Source of the DNA: Limisphaerales bacterium
GTDB lineage: Bacteria; Verrucomicrobiota; Verrucomicrobiia; Limisphaerales; AAA164-E04
Length of the DNA: 64,000 bases
Assembly: GCA_965242585.1 (NCBI GenBank)
Contig: OZ251460.1
Location: 1,244,869-1,308,868 of the forward strand
Reading direction: 5' to 3'
The notes under the pieces are model-generated. The model was not told the DNA's origin. It saw nothing but the letters and a program-made list of their open reading frames with translations, and did not search any database. Positions 48,365 to 57,100 of this stretch are shown piece after piece. The position numbers and the translations under genes were made by a program. The first letter of the stretch is position 1. Each line of letters starts with the position of its first letter.

Positions 48365-48830
48365 CGATCCGAATGAGGAAAATAAGGAATCGGAAGAGGA
48401 ATCCGAGTCTCCAGACCAAAAATTGCCGGCCAAAACTGATTCGGACAAACCAGATGTCTTGAAAGAACAAACAAGTGGTGTTCATCTTTCAAGTCTCTCT
48501 GCATCCATTCAACAATCACCTTTGCCGCCTGCGGACATGTTTCGTGATTACGAGATGACTCTACCCGGAAGCGGCGACCGCATTCTTGGTATGGCCGAGA
48601 AAGAGCAAAATCATCGCATCAACTGGGACAACGAATCTTTGAAAAGATCTGATAGTGAAACAAAACGAGGGCAATGGTTTGGCTTCATTATCGCGATATT
48701 TTGCATCATCGTTACAGCTTTCCTTGCTTACAACGAGCAGCGTTTAGTGCCGTCCATATTGGTAGGCACAGGCACATGCGCTATCGTCTGGCAATTCATT
48801 CAAAAGAAAAGGAAACATGATGGTTTTTGA
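48339..48830 (+). CDS. DUF2335-like membrane protein
   Basis: It has an acidic N-terminus, then PPADMFRDYEMTLPGSGDRILGMAEKEQNHRINWDNE followed by two TM helices. I recall this pattern from the DUF2335 family. Confidence 0.6.
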   Translation: MKHEQNKPNDPNEENKESEEESESPDQKLPAKTDSDKPDVLKEQTSGVHLSSLSASIQQSPLPPADMFRDYEMTLPGSGDRILGMAEKEQNHRINWDNESLKRSDSETKRGQWFGFIIAIFCIIVTAFLAYNEQRLVPSILVGTGTCAIVWQFIQKKRKHDGF

Positions 48831-49297
48831 AAAAGCGAAAAGAAGCCGCCCGCATTGAATTGCCGCGCAGTTTGCCAGAGTTTCAACGAGTCTCTGAGAT
48901 GGGAAAACAACTGGCCGAACTGCATCTCAACTATGAAAAGATGGAGCCGTTGGAATTGGAGATTGATCGAGCCGCTGATTTTGACGAAAACAACCCGGCG
49001 CATTTTGAAGTGGAAAAAATGAAATACGGCGGGAAGCGGCCAAACTTGGATAAAACCGTGATTCATTTCAATCGGTGGTTGACTTTTCGGGGCATTCCTC
49101 TGGAGTGCCATAACTATCGGCTGGGCGCGCGGAGTGCGTTGGACTGGCTAGTCAACCGCTACTGCGTCAAAACCGACCGCCGCTCTCAAATCACCAAGAA
49201 TCCCAATGCGTGGAATGCCGGCCGCTACCTCTTTGATTTGATTCCGAGAATCGCCCGCCTTTCATTGCAGACGCCATGTCTGACGCAGAAAAGATAG
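48827..49297 (+). pseudogene. Detached C-terminal fragment of the Type ISP-like (COG4889) protein
   Basis: It has no ATG and opens at TTG. It carries LAELHLNYE, FEVEKMKY, GIPLECHNYRLGARSALDWLVNRYCVKTDRRSQITKNPNAW, which I recognise as the conserved extreme C-terminus of COG4889/Type ISP-like enzymes. It is in the same reading phase as 43838. Confidence 0.7.
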
Positions 49298-49507
49298 GCG
49301 CGTCGTTGCGGGGGGTGTACGAATGAGGAATTACGAATGGGAAAGGAAAAGCCGAGCCATTAGTTTTTATTAGAAATAAACCTCAGAGGGTGAGGATTGA
49401 AGATTTACGGCGGGTTGAACGCCGTTGGCTCGGCATAAATTCTTTATCTTCAAAAATTCATACTCGCTCAGGTTTAGAAAGGCAAATGTTAATTTTCTAC
49501 TGAATTT

Positions 49508-49678
49508 CTACTGAAACGCTTTCCATGCCTCGTCTTCCTCGGGTTTGTTCCAGTCTTCGGCCAAACTTTTTTCGCTCAGCAAAGCGCGCTGTTTTACGAA
49601 CAAGTAGAAATCATAAACTTCCCGCTGGGCGTCTTCGGGCAAATCCCGCAAATCAATTGGTTTTATTTGGTGTGGCAT
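49508..49678 (-). CDS. Antitoxin-like mini-protein (DUF2281-like), 56 aa
   Basis: Hand-translated as MPHQIKPIDLRDLPEDAQREVYDFYLFVKQRALLSEKSLAEDWNKPEEDEAWKAFQ. The 'LP.EAQ.EV.DF..FL' and 'LAEDW..PEEDEAW' strings resemble type II antitoxins. It is below the track size cutoff. Confidence 0.5.
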   Translation of the reverse strand: MPHQIKPIDLRDLPEDAQREVYDFYLFVKQRALLSEKSLAEDWNKPEEDEAWKAFQ

Positions 49679-49699
49679 GTTCTCAAACTTGGTTTTTTG

Positions 49700-51085
49700 C
49701 TAATGCACGTTTTGTTGAAATTGTTGGAGATAGGGTTGGTAAGCGGGGTCGTCTTTCCAATGGCGGCGCTGGGGATTGTTGGGCAAAACAACTCCTTCAA
49801 CATAGTCTTTGCCTTCACGGCTGGCGTCTAGCGATGTTTTCCATTTCGTGTAAATTTGCAAAAGCCGTTGGCTAACGGGATCGTTTTCGTTGTACAGATT
49901 GCGGGTTTCTTCATCGTCGTTGGCGAGGTTGTACAGTTCAAAAGTCTTGTTTTGCGCCATCAGTTTATGATCGCCGTCAATCACCACGCCGCGGTTGCGA
50001 TGATGAAAGAAAAGCGGTTGGGGGCGAACGGCAATCTCTCGTTCAAATAAAGGCATCAGGCTGATTCCGTCTTGGGGTTGCAACATAGAAGAGTAGGGGA
50101 GGGCGGCGGCTTCGGCGATGGTGGGGAAAATATCCATTGTGCCGGCGCGAAAAGAAGTTGTGCGAGGCTTTTGGATGACGGCGGGCCATTCAATGATTCC
50201 GGGAACGCGAAGGCCTCCTTCGTACATTGTGCCTTTATGGCCGCGCAAGTGGCCGACGGTTTCTTTTCCATAGCCGGGCAGTCCGCCGTTGTCGCTGTTG
50301 AACCAAAGAAGAGTGTTGCGGGCAATGCCGAGTTGTCGCAGGCCGTTTCGCAGAGCGCCGATGCTACGATCCATCGCTTTGAGTTCGCCAAGGTGATGTT
50401 GATGTTTTTCCGGCAGATTTTGGAAGGGGGCGCGGTCGGTTTCGTCGGCAATCATCGGCGAATGCGGAGATCCATACCAGATGACGAGGAAAAACGGTTT
50501 GCCGGAGTTTTGGTTGGCTTGGAGAAATTTGAGAGCTTCGCGGACGATGATTTCGGAGGAATCGCCGCGATGCTGTTCAATAGTTCCTTGTCGGCTAATC
50601 AGCGGATCATAATCAAAGAAGTTGCTGACGCTAAACCACGTGTCAAAACCAAAGGTGCCGGGATGGTGAGAATCTTCTTTGAGGATGGGAATTCCCGGTC
50701 CGCGCAGGCCGTTCAAATGCCATTTTCCAAAGTGAGCGGTGGCGTAGCCATTGTCTCGGAGGGCTTGGGCGACGGTTCTTTCTTGGAGACGCAAAGGGTA
50801 GCCGTGGTCAAAAACGCCGGCGCGGTCGTTGCTTCTGCCGGTGAGAACAGTGGCGCGAGTGGGGGAACAGTTGGAAGCGCCGGCGTAAAAGTGAGTGAAG
50901 CGCAGGCCGTTGGCCGCCATCGCGTCGAGGTTCGGAGTTTTGAGATGGGGATGGTTTTGGTAGCCGGTTTGTCCCCAGCCTTGGTCGTCGGTCATCACGA
51001 GAATGATATGAGGACGTTCCGCCGCTTGAATGGACGCCGTGCAAGCTAGTAAGAGAGCGATGTATGATTTTATGGAATATTTCAT
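49700..51085 (-). CDS. Secreted sulfatase
   Basis: 461-aa ORF with a signal peptide. Motifs are HIILVMTDDQGWGQTGY, CSPTRATVLTGR, GKWHLNG, GSPHSP and SDNGG. Confidence 0.92.
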   Translation of the reverse strand: MKYSIKSYIALLLACTASIQAAERPHIILVMTDDQGWGQTGYQNHPHLKTPNLDAMAANGLRFTHFYAGASNCSPTRATVLTGRSNDRAGVFDHGYPLRLQERTVAQALRDNGYATAHFGKWHLNGLRGPGIPILKEDSHHPGTFGFDTWFSVSNFFDYDPLISRQGTIEQHRGDSSEIIVREALKFLQANQNSGKPFFLVIWYGSPHSPMIADETDRAPFQNLPEKHQHHLGELKAMDRSIGALRNGLRQLGIARNTLLWFNSDNGGLPGYGKETVGHLRGHKGTMYEGGLRVPGIIEWPAVIQKPRTTSFRAGTMDIFPTIAEAAALPYSSMLQPQDGISLMPLFEREIAVRPQPLFFHHRNRGVVIDGDHKLMAQNKTFELYNLANDDEETRNLYNENDPVSQRLLQIYTKWKTSLDASREGKDYVEGVVLPNNPQRRHWKDDPAYQPYLQQFQQNVH

Positions 51086-51108
51086 GGAGTTGTCGTGTTA
51101 TCTGCTTT

Positions 51109-54100
51109 TTATTGCGGGTTAGTGAAAGGGGATTGGATGGCAACGCCGTCGGCATTTTCCACAATTCGGGCGTTGAAAAACCAAGAGTCTCGGAGGTTGT
51201 CCACTCGGACGGTCAAAATGTTTTTACCGGCTTTTAATGAAGCTTGGGCGCGGTTTGGGGAAGTCGGTTGATCCACGGGGAAGAGGTGGATTGCTTGGCC
51301 GTTGAGCCAAACCATTCCGGGATCGTCGCTTTCAAAAGCCAAAGTGACGGAGCACACATCCGGGCTAACCAGAGCGGTGCGGGCATAGGCAGATTTTCCT
51401 ATGGATTGGTTTCCTTTGCGGCTGAGGATGGAGTCGAAGGTTTCGCCTTCTTCAAGCCCTATGATGTGAGTATCGATTGGATTGTACCCTTTAAACTTGA
51501 TGAAGTCGAAGTAGGAGTCGAGAGATTGGTCTATGCCGTGTCCAAGGAGGAAGTTGTGATAGGAAGTGAGAGCTTTAGATTTGTTCCGTTCGAGTTCTTG
51601 TTGTTGGAGTATAAGTAGGGAAGATCCGAGGGATTCGGAGTTTTCGAGGAGTTCTTTGAGTGGTTGATGTCGCCGTCCTGTACGCCGCCCACCGACGATT
51701 ATAGAGCGGAAGTTGTCGAAGTTTACAAGCTGTTTGAGGTTGAAGAGTTTGTCGAGGTAAATAAAGCCGAAGGTGTCTTTGGGGTGGATGTGTTTTGTCC
51801 AAGCGGCAGGATCAGTTGGCGGTTTTGAAGAGATGTGAAGGCTGTAGGGGCCGGCGATTTGCCACGATTGGATCATAGTAGACAGTCGCTCTGCTTCTTT
51901 CCGCTGTTCCGGGCGAAGGGCGAAGGGTTTTGGCGTTGGTTGGGTTCCTAGTTTTTCGTGGATTTCGCGATAGATGCCGACGAGCATGGGAATTGAAGAA
52001 AGCTCGGATTGCTTGGCAATGTGGGTCTCAAGGGCGGATTGAAATGCGGGCAGGTTTTGTTGATCCACGGAGATATAGAGGGTTTGCAAAAAGTCGTGGC
52101 CTTTTTGCTGATGTTCTGAGGGGAGTTTGACAAAGTTGGAGAGTGCGCCGTCAAAGTCGCCGGCCGTTAGTTGGACTTCGGGCAGTTTTTGCAAGGCGTA
52201 TTGTTTGTGGTTTTCTTCGTAGTCACCGTCGGCCAGTTGATTGAGAAAGGCGAGAGCGGCTTTGTGTTGTTGGGTGGTTTGGCAAATGGCGACGAGGTGT
52301 TTTAGCGGTTCGGCGCTGAGATCGGGATTTTTGGCAAGTTTGGCGAGTTCTTGCGCGGCGATGTTGGATTTTCCTTGAAAATGCGCGGCGAGGAATCGGT
52401 AGTAGGCTTGCCGGGGTTTGCTGGAAATTGGGTCGTTGATTGCCTCAATCAGTTGGGCGGCGGTTTCTTCGGAGGCGATTTTGAACAGGGCTTCGAGACG
52501 ATGCGGTTCGGCGAGCAAGATGGCTCTGTTTTCCTGAAAATGTTTCAGCACTTCTGCGTCGGTTTGGGGTGTTGTTGGTTTGGATTCGATCTCGAATTCA
52601 CTGGGAACCGGCGGCAGAGAACCTGAACGGTGGAAACTGGATCGGATTCGCTCAAGAATTTCTGTGGGGACTCCGGGCGGAAAGTGAAAAGTTGGGAAGT
52701 CGTCGATGATTTCTCCTGGCGGGACGGGCACTAAGGGAACGTTTCTGCCGAAGGGATGCTTGCGGGCTTGGTCGATCAAGGGATGCGGCTCTGCTTGGTC
52801 GAGGAGTTCTTTAAGCTCGCTGTGCATTTGAACTAGGTCGGAAAAGTCTTCTTGCACCTCGCTACGGTTGCGTTCGTTGCTTTTGTCCCAGTGGTTTTGG
52901 TAAAGGGCGAGGGTTTTTTGCGGTTTATCCAAGTGGATGTAGCACTCGGCCAAGTCTTGGATATGATCGTAGGAAAGCGGGGCGATTTTGCGGGAGGCTT
53001 CTAGCCAAGCGGCTGCGGTTTCGTAAAGTTCGTTGGACAACAACCATTCAGAGAGGTCTTGGAGTTGGTAGCTGTCGCGTTGTATGTTGCGGGCTTTTTC
53101 GAAGGTTTTGAGGGCGTTTTCCTTTTGGTTTTGGAGGGCGTAGCACTTGCCCATGTTGACAAAGAGTTCTTCTCTTAAGCGCTTGTCTTTTCGATATTTT
53201 TTAAGGCTGTTTTCGTAGTGGGCGAGCGCTTTTTCGTATTGTTCTTCATAGAAGAAGAGGTTGCCGATTTTGATTTCGACGTCGCCGTCGCCTCTCCAGT
53301 CCAGAAGTTTGTCGATAGCGGCTTGGGCTCGTTTTGGCGCTTGATGTTTCAGGTAGAAGCCGATGACTTTCACTTGGTTGTCGGCTTCTTGGTAAAGTGT
53401 TGAAGATGGCGGAAGTTTCTCAATAAGTTGAAAGGCTTCGTCCGTTTGTCCGTTTTCTGCCAACCAACGGACTCGATTTAGAATGTAATCTTGGTTAAAA
53501 GGGTTTTGTCGCATTAGTTGTTGGTAGAGTTCGCCGGCGGGTTCTTTTAGTTTCGCATTGGCGTAAGTTCTAGCGAGCAATCTGAGGATTTCTTGATTGG
53601 GAGGATCTTCGGCTTCGGCGCGTTTTCGAAAGCCGTCGAGGAGGCGTTTTTGTTTTGCCTTCACTTCGGAGGGGGCTTCGTTTCGGAAATTGCGTCTTAT
53701 ATTGTGAAAGTTGCGTCCTACATTTCGGAAGTTTCGTTCTATATCGCGGAAGAAAGAGCTGCGTCTGTGATTTTCCGTATAGCGGAAGTGGTTCCATGCA
53801 ATGTCGATGAGGGTGTCGAAGTCGTCCGAATCCGTAAAAAGCGCAAAGACTGCGTTCATATCGTAAGGGTTGAGGTAGCCACGGTCTTTGTGTTTGAGAA
53901 ACAGCTTACGGGCTTCTTCAAGGTAGTCGTTGCTGCGAAGAAAGTTGAAGTATTGTTTGAAAGTTGGGGCGTCGGCGCGTTGTTCAAATTGTTTGGCATA
54001 CGTTTCTTTGGCCGCTTTGGGGTTGCCTCGTTTGGCGTCAAACTGGGCCAGTCGGAGTTCGGCGGCCGGCTTCCGGGAGGCATCGGCAAGTTCTATCGCT

Positions 54101-57100
54101 TTGAGAAGTGAAACGCGGGCGTCGGCGTGTTTTCCGGCGCGTTCTTGATAATCGGCGAGGAATCTGTATCGGCCTTCCGTTTCCTTTTGGGACGCCCAAG
54201 AAGAGAGCATGGCAAGTGCCTGCGACTGTTTCCCCGCGTTGAACATAGCGCCGGCGTAGAGTTGCCGGTACATTTGGTTGTCCGGTTCGTTTTCTATAAG
54301 TTGGCGGGCTAGTTCCACGGCCTTTTCCGGCTGATTGTTTCTGATCAAGGCGTCGGCATAGACTTTCCGATGCGATAGGTTGTTCGGTTCGTTTTCTATA
54401 AGTTGGCGGGCTAGTTCCACGGCCTTTTCCGGGTTGTCGTTTCTGAAGTGGATTTGAATTAGTTCGGAAACCAGTTTTGTTGTATTGCTCGAACCTCGAG
54501 CGAGGACGCGGGACAAAAAGGCTTCTCGGCGGTTTTCGGATTGATCGAAATAGTCCCAGCGATAATGGTTGGCAATGGCGAGGAATAACTCTATGTCGGC
54601 GTCCGTATAGGTTTCTTTATCAATGGCTTCGTTAACTATATTTTGCAGTTGGTTGTATTGCACGTAAGTTTCGGCAACAATTCGATTAAATTCCTGCTGT
54701 TCATAAGACGGCGGTCCGGCACTACGCCGTCGCTGTCTCTTACTATTTGGGGAATGCTTGCGAACTAAGGCTTCCACCTCGTCCCATAGACCGTACTCTC
54801 CGAAGGTATTGACTGCCTGGCGCATAAAATGCCAAACAGGACCCCCGTGTCCGGTCTGCTCTTCAATCCAGTCTTTGTAGAGTTTTTTGCCGCGGTCAAG
54901 ATCGCCTTTAGCCATGTAGATTTTTGCCAAGCGCCCTTTGTCGTAATAGTTCTGTTGGAGCATCGGATCCTGGATGTCTTCAAGGACGTCGTCGATTCGC
55001 CCGGTGACTTCCGCAATGTCAAGCAGGTCATTAAAGGCGTTGGGATTCTGCCCGGTGTTGACGGCTTTCGTCAAATGTTCAATAGCGTCGTCAAAGCGTT
55101 TTTCGAAGATGGCAATTTGAGCAGTGAGAGAGCCGGATAGAGGATCGTTGGCGTTCTTTTCTATCAACTCCCGGTTGATTTCCTTAAGTTCGTCCAAGCG
55201 TCCCGTAGAGGCGTACACTCCGGTTAGGTGTTGGAGAGTGTAGCTGTCGATACCGCTTTGCGCGTGAAGGAGAGGGGAGGAAGTGAGCCAGTTTTTGTAC
55301 AAGGCAACGGCGTCTTCGTGTTTGCCAAGTTTGAGATACACATCGGCCAGCTGGCGGTGCATCCAAGTGTGTCCGGGAGATAGTTGAATCGCTTTTTTGT
55401 AAAGCTCGGCCGCTTTTTCCAGCTCGCCGCTTTGTTGGAATCGGTTGGCCAGTTGCTGGAGTTGATTGGGGTCTCTCATTCGTTTGGCGAGATTTTCCTC
55501 GATCTTGAGAATTTGTCTTCCTTGGCCGCTTCGTTGGTAAAGGTTTCGCAACTCCCAGCTAATTTGCTGGTAAACGTTGGGATGGGTTTTGAGCAGTTGT
55601 TCGTAAATAGAAGTGGCCTTGTTGAAGTTGCCGGTGTCGGAATAAAAACGGGCGAGCTGTTGTTTGGCTTGTACAAGATGAGGACGCCTTTGGATGAGGG
55701 TTTTATAGACTTCGATGGCTTTGTCGTTCTGATTGTTTAAGGCATATAAGGCGGCTAGGTTTTCGTGCAAGCGGACGGAACCGGGCTGTTTGGCGAGTCG
55801 TTCGGCAAATTCCTGAATCAACTCTTCGCTACGACCGGCTTGAACGTAATAGTGATGCAGGTTTTGAAGAAGGCCTCCGACGGAGCGAAGGATAGTAGAA
55901 GAAGCGATGCCGCGAGGGTAGCTGCGGTAACGGTAGCTCTGGCTCGAACCGCCATAGGAGGAACGATCCCAAGCTTCTCGGGCCAAAGCGATGGCGCGCT
56001 TGTAGTTTTCTTCGTTGGCATAGATGTTGGCAAGGAGGGCCAGCGCCTCCCCGTTGCGGCTGATTCCCGACAAGTGTTCTTCCAAAAGTTCTTTGGCCCG
56101 TTTGTTTTCTCCAGCATTGGACAAGGGGCGAATCGCCTCGACAAGTTCTGCAGGTGAAAAACGCCGCTGGATCATTTGCCGGATATAAGAGGATGCTTCT
56201 TCGTAGCGTTCGCAACGAATGGAAACACTTGCTTTGGCCGAAAGGATTTTGCGGGATTGGGAGGAAAACCGTCGTTCTGCTTGATCGTAAAGTTGCATCA
56301 TGGCATCGCAGTCGTCCCGGGATTCGGCAATGTGGAGAGCGAGGTTGAACCACTCTACACGATCACCAGCGGCGTCCTTCAGTTCGTTTAGCCATCGCTG
56401 CGCTTCGTCAAGTTCAGAATCCGCAAGATAAGAAGTGATGAGTAGTTTGGCGGACAACCACGCCTTGTCTTTGGCGTCACGGCTTTTGGCGTTGCGCAAT
56501 TGCTTTGCTTGGTTAATCAAGGGTTGCAGGGGGAGGTCGCCATCTTCAGACAAGATTTGAAGCTGGCGCATCGCCTCGGCCTTTTGGTAGTCAACAGAGC
56601 CGATCAACGTCGGCGGGAGGTTTCTAAAAACACTTCCACCATAGTAGCGGGGAGAAGAGGGATGGCGCGGTGGGGGAACGTAAAGTTCCACTCTTGGGCG
56701 TCGAAGAGGAAAGCTGCTGGAAGGTGTCGCAGAATCAGCGGCGAGCATCTCGGCATACAAATTCTTGGCTTTTTCTTTATCTCCTTTCTGGGTGTAGAGA
56801 CGGGCCAGGCTGGCGATGGAAAAAGAAGCGGAGTTGCCTTGGGTTTTCTTTTGAGCTTTTTCGTAGAGTGCAATGGCTTCTTCTAGTTGGCCGCGTTGTT
56901 GCATAAGGCCGGCGAGTGTGAAGAGCGGTTGGACGTCGTTTGGATTTTCTTCCAGCATTTGATTCGTCAAGGCGATGGCTTTTTCGCTTTCTTGATTCTG
57001 AAAGTAAAGTGGGATGAGCGTTTGCCTTGCTTGATTCTGGTATTGGGGCTGAGTTTCCGCCAGTTTTTCCAAAAGAGAAGCGGCTTTGTCGAGTTGGCGT

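Noticed and set aside
49353-49434. A tRNA-like element with a 9-bp terminal stem and, on the minus strand, a hairpin whose loop is TTCAACC (T-loop-like).
   Set aside because: The T-loop-like hairpin sits at the 5' side, not the 3' side. There is no D-arm with GG, no 7-nt anticodon loop with U33, and extra bases lie between the arms. It is not a canonical tRNA.
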